Translations under genes and position numbers: made by a program
The notes under the pieces: model-generated
Told to the model about the DNA's origin: nothing
What the model saw: only the letters and a program-made list of their open reading frames with translations
The model's database searches: none
Assembly (NCBI RefSeq): GCF_009914755.1
Contig: NC_060930.1
DNA from: the human T2T-CHM13v2.0 reference genome, Homo sapiens
Length of the DNA: 64,000 nt
Direction: 5' to 3' (one strand)
Part shown: positions 17,615-30,631 of the stretch, one piece after another
Layout: each line of letters starts with the position of its first letter
How positions within the stretch are numbered: position 1 is the first letter of the stretch

Positions 17615-18246
17615 AGATTAGGATTTTCTAAAGCACAGATTCCCATATTCTTTGAGGTAAAATGATCAGATGGGAAATGCCACACTGTGCCTAAAACCAA
17701 GGGCTTTCCTGTGTGATATCTTTATGTTTAAGTCTACCCACCAGTATTTCTCACTACTTTGGTCAACTTACTAACTTTTCCTGACTTCTTTGTAACTGAC
17801 TCACAATGTTCCTTTAGGAATTCACTAGATTTTTCATTTTAAGAGACTTTATTTTTCATAATAAGGTCCTATAATAGCCCGTTAAAATTGTGAGCAGTAA
17901 ATACTCCCATTCTTCTTCTGGTTTAATTTGTATTTTCTATAAGAACCTCACAGGGAGTACCCTATTCCAAAGATTCCAAATATGAAGGGTAGGAACAAAA
18001 TAAATAGACCTGCAAAAGTTTCTGAGGTCCAGAAACCGTCTGTCAAAAGCCAAATATTGAAATAAAATGAGTGACACTTTAAAAGTAGTTCTACAGAAGT
18101 CGCCTTTGCTCTTATAGTAGCATTAATGTTAGCTTTAATTTATGTCATGGAGTAAATTGGTAGAAGGGCTTTTATATCTCTTCTCAACAATAGCCTTAAC
18201 TGAATAGGTGAGCTGAGCTCAGAAAGAACTTAAGTGAGCTCAACTT

Positions 18247-18540
18247 AGCCTGGACACAGTGGCTCATGCCTGTAATCTCACCACTTTGGGAGGATGTGGG
18301 CGGAATGCTTGAGCCCAGGACTTCGAGAGCAGCCTGGGCAACATAGAGAGACCTCATCACTACAAAAAATACAAAAATTAGCCAGGCATGGCAGCACAGA
18401 CCTGTAGTCCCAGCTACTCAGGAGGCTGAGGTGGGAGGATCAATTGGGCCAGGGAGTTTGAGGCTGCAGTGAGCCATGCTTGTTTCACTGCACTCTAACC
18501 TGGGCGACAGGGTGAGACCTTGTCTCAAAAAAAAAAAAAA
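18247..18540 (+). mobile_element. AluJ
   Basis: TTGAGCCCAGGA J-type dimer with poly(A). Confidence 0.9.
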
Positions 18541-18579
18541 GATTGTTCTCTTAGAACACAGATTCAGACTTAGCAGAGT

Positions 18580-18790
18580 GAACATATGGCCTAGTTTTAA
18601 ATCCAAATTCCAGCCCTTTCTAGATATGTAACTTGAGAAAGCTACTTTAATACTGTCAGTTACAGTTTCCTCATCTGTAAGATGAAAATAAAAACCCCAA
18701 GGAGTAACTGGGAAGACAAAATGAGTTAAAATGGAAAGAACTTAGAAGAGTGCCCACTTTAACTGTCCTATAAATGTTAACTATTATTAT
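18580..18790 (+). mobile_element. MIR
   Basis: CAGTTTCCTCATCTGTAAGATG core. Confidence 0.6.
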
Positions 18791-19026
18791 TAAATCTTTA
18801 TAATAATTCTACTTCACTTACATGGAGAATGCCAACTCTACAATTTATTTCTCATTATTTTTTGACTTGCTTAGAACTCTCATAATAATTTATATCTGAC
18901 ATGATGAACACAGAAAAAAACCTCTTTTGTCAGTAAGGTTTGAAAAGAACTCATGTGCTAGGTTATTTCTCTCTTTACCAACCTGGAAATAGAATTGAAC
19001 GATATCATATGTTTATAACAACACAC

Positions 19027-19293
19027 CTTAACTTTCTGATATTGCTGATTCAGATTCTCCTGAGTGGTTCCAACTTGCCCATCAACATCAGTCTCCAACA
19101 GGTTACCATTAACTTCATCCTCTTCTCCAATTGCTGACTTGCCATCACCTTCTTGAAAATGGGTCCCGTTCTGTTCGATTACCTGTTTGTGTTTTGTCCC
19201 TGCCCTTTCTGAGTCTTTGTCAACATTTGACAACCAGTCCAAAAGGTTTTCTATTTTGGTTTTGCTCTCTTCCAGCTGCTTCACTGCTGCTAC
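19027..19293 (-). CDS. DST: DST spectrin-repeat exon (VAAVKQLE...YQKVK)
   Basis: CCCAG| acceptor, |GTGTG donor, 267 nt. Confidence 0.92.
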
Positions 19294-19762
19294 CTGGGAA
19301 GGGAAAGTTCACAGGAGGAATTCAGAACGTGGGCCAAGGCATAGTTTTAAGACATTCCAAAAGTAAATACTTAGAACATTTTAAATTAGAATGAGGGTAC
19401 TAAAAACTGACACAATTGAAAACTTAACAACTGAAATTAAACCTCAGAGCAACAGGCAGTTACTTTGAAGTTTCCCCTGTTCTTAAAAATACATTCCAAA
19501 ATTTTAACTATAATTGATGAGTGATCACACATTTCACAAGAAGAAAGTTTCACAACCTCACTTAAATATTAAGAAAAAGTTAAGCAAAGCCAACTCTTCA
19601 AACCTTTTGTAGTACTTGGTCAATTATGTACCTGGAAACCCAGAATCCCATAATAATCCTTAGTGATAATCCTTATTTACTACCACTGGATATTAATAAT
19701 AAATCAAGTAGCTGTTAAGCTTTTTGACATAGCAATAGTGCACCACATATTTGAATAAGGAC

Positions 19763-19996
19763 CTTTTCAGTTTCTTCCTTGATTGCTGTTGTCACAACTT
19801 TATCCAGCTCCTTTTTAGACTGTTCTGCTTTTAAATTAAGCTGTTCACACTTTATCTTAGCTTCATTAAGTTTCTGTTCAATCAAAGCCTTATCTTCCTG
19901 TGACAGCTTTTCACCATTCTCTTTTAAGAAGTTCTCTGTGTTTTTCACTACTTCAGCCAATGCCTGTGCACTTCCTTGCATATCTTTCTGTAATTC
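19763..19996 (-). CDS. DST: DST spectrin-repeat exon (ELQKDMQG...EETEK)
   Basis: TAAG| acceptor, |GTCCT donor, 234 nt. Confidence 0.9.
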
Positions 19997-21355
19997 CTTA
20001 TAACACAAAAGGAAAAAATATATTTTATTAAATTATTACCTATTTAGTTCTTCCAGAGTTGTAATTCTAAAAGACAGAGTGAGTACAGAGAGAGTCTAGT
20101 ATATGTAGCTTGAATAAACATATTGAGTATGTTAATTTGAGTTTCAATCACAATACTTAATATAATTTGAAACTCAAACAATATTAAAGAAAAGCATGAA
20201 TTTTCATGTTTAACGAAAGAATGCAGTCAGTGAAACACTGAAAACACATAAGTATTCAGTATATGATCTATATAAATTTGCACACACCAGATTTTTTAAT
20301 ATTATATGAGCACATGTACAAAGGCTTGTAAATATATGCTAATATTTATTGTTTCTAAACTTTTATTTTTTAATGTGTTTATCACTCAGGATAAAAATGA
20401 ACTAATTTTCCCAGTGAACTAAGATACTTTCCTTTTCTAAACACCAGAATCTGTAATATGTAATGTTTGCTTCTTTGCCTAGCTGCTAGGTACCTCAAGA
20501 TTAAGATCTCTCCTTAGTAGTTATAGCTTTCCTATGTCTAGATTTTTCCATGTAGTTTTTCCTCTTCTTTTCCTCCTTTATCATGCATTTTCATTCTCTA
20601 TATGATACTGAGTTTTAATATTATTTTTTCCATACTTTATTTTAATCTTCTTCAAATTTGTCTTAGAAGTATTTGAATTGAAAGAAATCCTATTAATTGA
20701 GCCATGACTATGTGACCTTAACTGTGCTAGTGACTTACACAATATTTACTTAACTTTTATAATAATGTAACAAAGTGTGACCTATGAAGAAACTGAGGCT
20801 GTGACAGACTGTTATAAAGCTAACAATGTATAGAGTCTGGAATCTGAACCAGGAGCTATCTACTTACAATGAAAATGTTCTCTGTCCTGACACCAAAATA
20901 AAGATATCTTTATCTGTTGTTACTGTTATTTTTGCCCTTTCCTTCAATAAAAAGGAACAAATCACAAGAAAGAAGGAGTAAGAAGGAGCTAAGAAAGAGA
21001 AAGAACCCAAAGTGATGGCTATTTCCTCTGATTTGCAAGTAGTAAGTAGGTTGGCCTTAAATGAATCCAAATTCTAATTCATCACACAAGGTATTTTCAT
21101 TATCAAATCCCCTTTAATATTTCCTCCACTCAATATCTCTTACCAAAAAAAGTCAAAAAAATTACCTAGCTTGCTTGAAGTTGGAAATCTAACTTTTAGT
21201 ATAAAGTTTAAAGCTCAAGCCCAGGGCGTCTTGGGTATGCCTTGCTTCTAAAAAGCTAAAATTACTGGTATTTTCAATAATCTTCACTGACTTCCAAATG
21301 ATAGTAATCGAACATAACATCAACATAGATCTGCTGATAGAAAACCAAATTCTAC

Positions 21356-21508
21356 CTCTTGCTTGGACTGATATTTCTTTAACTCAACTGTGCCATCTCC
21401 AATCATGAAGGCTTCTTGGTGACCAATTAGGCGGTTTTCAGTTTGGGTAAGAAGATCACATATCCCTTGGAGTTTCTCTTTATACTCCTGCTGACGCTCT
21501 GCTACAAT
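21356..21508 (-). CDS. DST: DST spectrin-repeat exon (IVAERQQEY...QSKQE)
   Basis: TTTAG| acceptor, |GTAGA donor, 153 nt. Confidence 0.92.
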
Positions 21509-22139
21509 CTAAAGTGAAGAAAACCCAAAACATCTTAAATGTATGGTGGTCACAAAATCGCTATTGTGATAGCTTCTTATTAGAACACATTTTCCAAGTT
21601 TTGTCTAATAAGCTTTTATAAGTATGCTGTAAACATGATAGCAGTAGGGTACAAACTGAGCAAGGTGAGACAGAAAATATGAGCATATCCCATATACAAA
21701 GAAAGTGATCATGTTTAGATGAAACTGCTCAAGAGAATACTGGCCATGCATATTTGTAAGAGATGGAACTTCTGACCAACAGGAAGAAACATCCCATTTT
21801 CTTAAGCTGTTGAAACCTGCGACACATAGAATTAATTCTGCAAAAGGACATCAAAAGAGAAGTTAGTTGTGATTTGTAGGTTAACATATTTGATATGTGT
21901 ATATAGGTTATCATGCTAGAGACAATGTCTGGTGCTTCAAGAAATAATAAAAGGAACATTGCATGCAATATTTTTACTTAATCACTATGTCTAAGTGCAT
22001 TCTCACCTCTTTGCTCGTTATTGCTATTAGATATAGCACTCATATAATTCATTAAATCTTCTAAAAGATTAAGAAGTCAACACTAATTACTTGCACCTTT
22101 CATTTTCCTACTATGTATACACTAATTATTCATCTTATA

Positions 22140-22380
22140 GCCATAGATCACGTTTACTAAGAGCCTAACACATGCTAGGCAAGGTACTAAATGTTTTACA
22201 TACATTCTTTTTATCAATGCTCACAACACTAGCAGGTAAGCGCTATTGTTATTTCCAATCTACCAATGATTAAACTGAGGTTAAGTAACTTGCCCTAGTT
22301 CACAGAATGAATGAGTAGTGCAGCTGGGATGTGAAATCAGGCAATCTAGCTCCAGAGCCCATGATCTGAATTGCTGTGCT
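22140..22380 (-). mobile_element. MIR
   Basis: AAACTGAGGTTAAGTAACTTGCCC core (reverse MIR). Confidence 0.6.
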
Positions 22381-22729
22381 GTATTGGTTCCCAGAGGAAA
22401 ACGAAACTCTTAACCTTCTTTAGTCATATGTTCCTCAATGTGTTAAATTTCTAAGTGCATTCAAATTTCCTAGTCTTGGGGTGGGAGGCAATCAAGACTC
22501 TCACTTGAAGTTAAGTATTTTTGGGAGTCACAAAAATTCAAATCAACTAAATTATAGCATCATTAGTGAAAACAATATTGTTATACACTGTAGGATTTGT
22601 ATGTACACTGTATCTTATCCATTAATGCCTTTCCAGAAAATCTTTCCTGTCACACTATACTCCTTGGGTATCTACATTATGGTTTCACACTAAAAACAAT
22701 GAATGCCAACTCCACGAAGAAAGGCAAAC

Positions 22730-22963
22730 CTTCTGATCATCAAGATCTTGTTCTAGATGTAACTGAGTCTCTAAACGTTCCACCTGGGTAGTTACTGACT
22801 CCTGTACATCAAGAAAACACTTCTGAGTTGTATTTAAGAGCCTCAGCAGTTGTTTGCTTTGGTTGGGAGACAGATCCTGTGCATATTCAGAAATGAAGAA
22901 CTGCACATCAAAGGCAGTAGTCTCCAGCTGCATTTTGGTATGTCCAAGGTCTTTTAATACATT
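22730..22963 (-). CDS. DST: DST-b cassette exon 5 (NVLKDLGH...LDDQK)
   Basis: AACAG| acceptor, |GTTTG donor, 234 nt. Confidence 0.92.
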
Positions 22964-23514
22964 CTGTTAAAAAAGTAGTACAAGCTATCAGTAGAAAGTT
23001 AAGCCATGATAAAATTTATATTAACAATAATATTTATGTTTTGTAAATACATTTCTCACATCAGGGAATGGAAGTTTTATGAATTTTTTTGCTATTCATC
23101 AAAAATCTATTTATCATCTAGTAATAAATGATAAATTAATTATTTAAATACCATGGTAGTTAGTATTATATAAAAAGACAAATAATCCCTCTAAAAATGT
23201 TTTATCTTTACCTGTCACATTGCACTTAAAATATAACTCTGACAAAAGGCAAAGACCTAACTTAGGTATATTTAGCACACTGAAGAGAAACATCTACCTT
23301 AAAATATGACTTGCTAACATTTACAACATCCATGTAATTGTGGTAAGATATAAATAATACTTTGAGGGATTTGAAATATGAATGAAATATGCCAGAATTT
23401 CAGTTTTCTGACTCTCAGGCCAGAAGCCTAATCATTGTTCATGAGGAATGCTGTTGAAATTAAGAACTTAGAAAAAAAAAAAAAAAGTATGCCAAAAGTG
23501 ACAACATATAAACA

Positions 23515-23829
23515 CAGTCATGAGCCACATACGACAGGTCACATATAAAATGTTGGTCCCATAAGATTACAATGCCTTATTTTTCCTGTCGTTTTCTATG
23601 TTTAGATACACAAAAACCACTGTGTCACAATTGCCTACAGTAGTCAGTACAGTAACATGCTGTAGAGGTTTGTAGCCTAGGAGCAACAGGTATATCATAT
23701 AGCCTAGGTGTGCAGTAAAGGATGCCATCTAGGTCTGTGTAAGTACACTCCTTGTTGTTTGCAAAACACAAAATCACCTAACAATGCATTTCTCAGAATG
23801 TAACTCCATCATTAAGTGATGCATGACTG
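23515..23829 (+). mobile_element. Tigger3a-like (TcMar) non-autonomous DNA transposon
   Basis: CAGTCATG...CATGACTG termini, followed by TA; internal sequence matches the ends of the 46723-47914 element. Confidence 0.8.
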
Positions 23830-24168
23830 TACTACAAATATTATTATGTATTTACATGATGATTTTTATATGGCTAATTCATACTATTATATATTTATGT
23901 GACTAACACATAAATAAATATATAAATAAAAATCTCAACATGTCAGTGGTGTAAGAGTATGATAAGGCTTTTGGGATAGCATCAGAATGATACCCTTAAA
24001 GTTGTGATTATTTTATAGTTGTGTCAACTATGAATAAAGACATCTCTAGAGACAAAGAAAGGAAATAATCCTTTGTAGCCTTAGCAAAGTCATATTTTCT
24101 AAACACTTGTTATATATTAAAGTCATAGTTTTTGAAATATATTTTGTCATCTTTGTTTTGATACTTGC

Positions 24169-24318
24169 CTTGAGAAACTCCAAACGTTTCTTTACATACT
24201 CAGAATCTTGAACATTCACAATCTCAATATCCTTCACAGATTTGCTCTTCTCTGATACCCAATCTGAGAATGACTTAAGTTTATGCAGAAATTCTTCATG
24301 GGAAACTGCTAGTTTAGA
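24169..24318 (-). CDS. DST: DST-b cassette exon 4 (SKLAVSHE...LEFLK), GC donor
   Basis: TTTTCTAG| acceptor; the frame-preserving donor is AAG|GCAAGT; 150 nt. Confidence 0.88.
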
Positions 24319-24491
24319 CTAGAAAAAAAAATTGTGCATTCAGTTATCTTTCCCCAAAATGTCAAATTCTTACAAATAATGACTGTGGTTTAAGAGTTAG
24401 CACTCTAAAACTAAAATACTCCAGCTTATGACTAAATCCTCAAATAATAAAATTTTCTTCATAAATCAAAATTTTGACATTTTATGCCTAC

Positions 24492-24707
24492 CATTTCAGA
24501 GTCGATCGCAAGCATGATCTGTTTCGTTCTTTCTGAAGACACGTTGCTGAGGGAAGAGAAGGCGGTCTTCAAACTCTGGTGGCTAATACTCAATTCTTCA
24601 ACATGGCCTCTGGGAAAGTCACTGGGAAGAGACTTTAAAAACTCTTCTGCCAACTTCATATCTTTTCTTAAAATAACAGCAATTGGAGCTAATCCCAATT
24701 CAAATGT
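24492..24707 (-). CDS. DST: DST-b cassette exon 3 (TFELGLAP...IDSEM)
   Basis: TTGCAG| acceptor, |GTAGG donor, 216 nt. Confidence 0.92.
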
Positions 24708-24850
24708 CTGCAAAGAAATATATCCCGGACCTATTTACTATTTAGTGAAAAACCCAAATATAAACATGAAACATAGAAGTGTTCTGCTTCTTTTTCCCAG
24801 TCATACATCAGCTGACTACCATCCATAAAGAGGCAGTAGACAATTCTTAC

Positions 24851-25000
24851 CTCCAACTGTCTAAGTTGATTCTTCAAAGCTTCCAAGTTGTTATCCAGAG
24901 ATTCCTGGTTGTCTAAGGGGGGTTTCATATCTTGAAGCAATGTCAAATACTCATGCATTTTTTCAGTGTGCTGTAAACACTGCTGTAATTCACTGGAAAA
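24851..25000 (-). CDS. DST: DST-b cassette exon 2 (FSSELQQC...LRQLE)
   Basis: TTTTAG| acceptor, |GTAAG donor, 150 nt. Confidence 0.92.
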
Positions 25001-25123
25001 CTAAAAACAAAGTTGGACATTTTAATTCAATAACCTTTATGCAGATGTTTAAAGCAAATGTATGGGATTATTCTCACATGGTTCATGCAGCTTTTTCTGT
25101 ATAAAATGTATAGGTCAACTTAC

Positions 25124-28100
25124 TTGTTCGGTTGAGCTATCTCCAGAAGCCATCTCTTTAGACCCTGAAGTACATTCCAAATGGCTTGGGAAATCATTAC
25201 ACAGATCCTTGAGCTTCTCATCTCTTGGCAATGTTGATGCCCACACAGTAGAGCTTTCTAGTCCAATTTCTTTTACAGTTTCTAAATTAGGAGAATAGTA
25301 GTTTCCTTCTTTGCTTTTAATATCACCAAGAATATGTGGCTTTTCTTCCATCATCTCAGATGTAGAACATGCTTTTTGATTAAAGTCTCCAACATGTTCT
25401 ATTTTCTCTGAATATCCATCAGCAAGCAGTTTGTAGAAAATATTTTCAAGCTGCAGTGGAAGTACTTTAGACGTAATGCCTCTTTTCTCTAGGTCATACT
25501 CCATATGAGTTAATTCTCTCATCAATTCAAATACTCCTGTAATTTTTTGGCTATGTTGATCTTGCTTCAATATATTAAGGAGAAGCTCAGACTTAAGATT
25601 TCCAATACAGAAAGGATCATCTCTACTTTCTGGCTTTAGTTCTGATGAGTTAGTCATGGGGGAAACTCCAGAAGAGTCACTCATTTGAGAGTCGCTGGGC
25701 ACAGTAGATGCCTCATTTACCAACTGTGATGTGGTAATCCTTTTAATTAAATTTTGAATTAAAATTTTAGTGTCTGCACAGGCTGAAGGTTCTTCAACCT
25801 CTTGAGGGTTCATATGACCTTCTTTCAACCTGCTTTTTAAGATATCCTTTACATCCTCCACAAATACCTGAGACAATTCAGGAATCTGAACCTCCTTTTC
25901 TTGGGATCTTGGAGACAAGGCTTGTTCTTTTGGTAGCTGTTGCTCAATTCTTTCTTTCTTATTATTAATTTCTAAGAATGAATAGTCAGTATTTAAAGTG
26001 TTACTGGAGTTATCATTTCCTAATCCATTTGCACACCGCTCCGACTGCAGAAAATCATTTTTCCCAACATCTTCTACATGTTTACGAGATAATATTGAAA
26101 GTGTGGCTTCAATACTTTCTGGTGTGAACTGAGAAATTTCTGTTCCTCCTCCTGAGATGCTTTCTTTACTACAAAGATCATTGCTTTGGATCATGTCATT
26201 AAGAGGTGAGTCTTTTTGGGTACTAGTGGACTTCTCTTTTGTATTATTAACTCCTAATTGTAAATGTTCTTTCATGGGAGGGGCAGTTATTAAAACATGG
26301 CTTGGGACATCTTCATTTGGTTTGGCTACATCTTTTGCTTTTATATTTTTAGCACAATGTTTTAAGTAAGTAAACAGATCAAGCTCTTTCTCAGGTCCAT
26401 CAGTGAATGACTCCTCAAAATGTGTATTCCCTTCCCACGATGTAATGTCTGAAGTAATGTCATCACTAATCTCTTTGGAAACTGATGTGTCAAAAATTTC
26501 TTCAAGATTCTCAAACTGAACAGGACTTTTACTAACTATTATTTGTAGATTATTTGGTTCATCTTTAAGAGTTACAGTTGCTTTTTTAAGGCTTCCTTTC
26601 TGATTAAGTTCTTCATTGTTTGTGATTTGTGGAAATGGAAACTGACTATTAATTAACTTGAAACTATCCCTTGTATTTTTACCAGGCAAAAGTTTGAGAT
26701 GCCTATTTTCTTCTTCTACTAGACCTTCTACAAGCACTTCTCCTTCACCCAAGTACATTTTCTGAATTGATGTTTCATCTTCTATTAGAATATCACTTTT
26801 GCCATCTCTCCCTTTAATGAGATCGCTTCCATTTCCTTGAGGATCTTTGTCAGTTACAGAGGCTATCAATGACAAATGGCTTTCCTCAGCAGGTTTTCCT
26901 ATTAAATCAGGCTCAGTACAAATGATGTGATCAAGAGATGAGTCAACTTTTGGTGTCATATTCTTAAAATATTCATCTTTACCTTTCACAGAATCAGTCA
27001 ATTCTGGCAATTCTGACCCTTGAATCAACTTAACCTTTGTGTTTGCTAGATCAGTACCTAATTCAGAAGTTGAACTGATATTATTATTATCATGTGAAAT
27101 ACTTGCAGGGCCAAAAGTTTTTTCAGATTCAGTGTCTTTAATGATAGGCGGCAATACATCCTTAAGTACCATCTCATGGTTCAACAGATTTTCTTTGCTT
27201 TTTCCAGCAATCTCAGTTGTATATTCTGGAAGGTTGCTTTTTTCAGTAACTAAGTTATTTTCACTAGGTGATGCTAGCTGTACAACATTTACCCTTTGCT
27301 GTTTTTCTAAAGAGCTACAACTGTGCATTTTATCCAGAAGAATCATTGTATTAATATTTTCATTTTCATCACTGTTTTCATTTAAAATAGAGGCACACAA
27401 CTGGATATCCATATCTTCAGCCACATTTTGGCACCTGGGCTTTCCATTCTCATCTCTTATACCTCCTCCTTCTTCATCAATGCCATCATCATCATCGTCA
27501 TCCTGATCATTACTGTCATATATATAATCCCCATAACTTTCTTCACTTTGCATAGAATCTAAATGATCAGTATCGGAGTGAAATTCCTGTCCAGTTACAT
27601 ACTCTTCCTTTCTTCCTCTCCAACTGCCACTGTCATCAAATTTTAATGATGCAGTGAAGCTCTCTTTTCCTCCTACAATATCATAATCAGTCAATGAGTC
27701 AGATTCATCACCTTCAAGGATATTTGTGCATTCCCTTTCTGATCCAGTTTCCAGTGACTGTCCATTCACCTTATCTGAGCCAACAGGATTTAAATGTATT
27801 TTTTCACCAGAATCTAATTCATCTTTCTCAACATCCATAAGGAAATCCTGAAGACAATGTGCTTTGTTCTTCACACTTAAGCTACCAACTGGTGCCCCCT
27901 GGGGAACCATGGAATTTTCATTCTCTTTTGAGACATCATAAAAAACATCAGCAGGAGAAGCCGTCTCATCATTTTCCTCTTGCAGTGTGTCGTAGTCCTC
28001 AGGGTGCAGGCAATCACGATCATCACCATCAAGAAGCAAAGAATCATGGTCATCATCTTCAAACAAGGGAGTATCATAAAAATCATCATCACTATCAGTG

Positions 28101-30631
28101 TCTGTTCCTGTGTTATTCTGCTGATCATTCAGCAGTGACGTTTCATAGTCACTAGCACTGATGGTTTCATCAAGCAATGGTGTAGCACAAGTAAGAGACA
28201 CAATGGCATTATCAGTATCACCCCCTGGAGTCACAGCACAGGAATACTCTTCTATTTCAGACTCATCTTCCTTGTCTTCAGGCATCTGCTGAAAACCTGG
28301 ATGTGTTTTTTCATCCTCACCAGAAGTATTTGAAATGTATTTATCATTGTGATATTGTACTTGAGGATTACTAGAAATCATATTTAAAGATTTCTGTCCA
28401 TACTGCTCTCCTGGTAAACTGATGTTAATAGCTGCAATTCCCAGAAACTGGTCTTGAAATTTTTCTCCTATTCTTTGACCTGACAACATGGTTTTGTCAC
28501 TGAATGATAAGGCTGGGGCTTCACACTTATTTCCATTGCTCTCTGGGGTGTGTGTATCATTAAAACTTCCCTGACTGTGCATCAATTTATCATGACTTAA
28601 CAAGGCACTTAGCCTGGGGGAATAGTCAAAGATAGGTGAATCCCTGTTTGTATTATCTTCATTCTCTGTTTCATTCACACCACAGAATTTACTCATTTTT
28701 GATTTCATAATAGGATTTTCTATTAAATCACTTGGAAAGTTTTGAATGTTTTTAGAATGACTACATTCATTTGCACGTTCATTTGTTTCCACTCGGCTTT
28801 GATTTTCATAGTTTGTAAGTATGTTTTCAGAGTCACTTCTAAGCATGCTAATGTCTGCAAGTTCAGTCTGTGTTAAATATGATATGAGACTGGGAACACA
28901 CACACTGGGTGAACTGTTAACTTTAGGATCAATTGATATTGTACTTGCCAGTTTTCCTGACTGAGAAAATTCACTATTGATAACAGTATTTCTCATTTCA
29001 TTAAATTCTTCATCTATAGCACACTTTCTATTTTCAGGAGTCTCTTCATGTTCAGGTTCTCCACAGTGACATTTATTGAAACTACTTGGTGTAGCTGTAC
29101 ATTCATCCTTTTCTCTACCTGAAGCATTATTAAGAAATACACCAGATGAGCTTAAGACATCGAGACATTCTTTTATGGCTGTGTTTCCATCAAATTCTGC
29201 ATGACAGCCTTCCAGTAGCATGCCAACAGCCTCATCCAAGTCTCCATCGTACAGCAAAAGCCTTTGCCCTGTGTTTGCATCCATATAGCTATTTATCATT
29301 AAATAAGATAGAAATAATTTTTTAGTTTCTTCTGAGGTCTGAGTAGTGACAGGTTCTTCTCCATCAAAAACATCCTCTTCTTGTCTGTAATCATGAACTG
29401 TGGAGGGTTGAAATTTACAAAAAGAGAGCCATCTTCTGGCATTTTTACAAGCTTCTAAATCTCCTAAATCTGGCATTTTATCAGGCAGTGTTATATTTTT
29501 TAAAATTGATGCTGTGTTGTTGTCTATAATTCCTAGCTGTTTAGCAGCATCCAAACCAATGACTTGAGAACTTTCTGGAATATAAAGAGCAGCTATTTTT
29601 TGTCTGCCATTCAGGATTTTGTAGGCCAATTCATTTGTAATCAATTCTTGCTGCAAGGAAGATGATGTGGGAAATATTTCACCAGAATGGGGCCAAATGA
29701 GTCCAACATAGCCTCGCTGAGCTTCCAGGACCAGAAGAGCACTGCTGGAAGTTATTAAATCACACTGTACTGCTTCGTCTACAGTTAAACGCTTGGCAGG
29801 GTTTGACTGGATGATTCCACCAGTTTGAACCTGATATGTGAGGATACTGCTAGCAGTGTCCCTGTCAATCACCCCTTCTCTGACAGCTTCTTCAACAGTC
29901 ATTCTTTGGCCAGAGTTGGAATTGATCAGACCTCCAGAAAGAAGCTGTGCACTTAACAACCTAAACATGGTTTCACGGTCTATGAGACCTTCATGAGCTG
30001 CTCTTAAAATGCTTATGTTTCTTCCACATTTTAATGTTATTCTACCTCCTTCTTGTGGTCTCACAGGTAGAAGCCACATCCCTGTGTTTTCCTGTAAAGT
30101 ACTTCTTTGTACCATATCTATTAAAGAAACCTTCTCAGAGGTGCAGGGGTCAATAAGATCTTTGCACATATTTTGCCTTTCCAGAACTTTAGAAAATAAT
30201 GCTGAGGAAACCAAGTTCTGTTGGAAAGCCTTCTGTAGGGTCAACTGTTCTCCTGTGGCTGGAATAACCAGAGAGCCTGTAGAAAGCAGTATCTCAAGAA
30301 CTTTGATGGCCATGGATTCTGTTATCATGCTTTGAGCTAGAGCATCCAGTACTGGAATTGTGGTAGGTGACGCAGCAGAAATAATCTCCTTAGCTTTACT
30401 TAGTTCTTTGAGTTGGCACAGAATTTGTTCATCAATAAGGCCATGACTTTTGGCATCTTTAAGGTCAAAGCACTTTCTTAATTCTGGTGAAATTAGACCA
30501 GAAATCATTAGCTGTGTCTCAAGCAACCTAATTCCTGTGTCATAGTCAATGAGGCCTCTTAAAACTGCTTGAAAGACTGAAAGGACTTCTCCAGTTGTCT
30601 GATCAATGGTGCCTGCAATCACTTTATCCAG
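25124..30631 (-). CDS. DST: Giant muscle-type (DST-b/BPAG1b) exon: central plakin repeat domain plus long acidic low-complexity region, 1836 codons
   Basis: TTTCAG| acceptor, |GTAAGT donor, 5508-nt uninterrupted frame; plakin repeats in the first ~470 aa. Confidence 0.95.

Noticed and set aside
26157-30335. Plus-strand ORFs of 70-155 aa opposite the giant exon (likewise 37152-38069 and 39400-41945)
   Set aside because: Antisense shadows of long coding exons; no independent splice or start evidence
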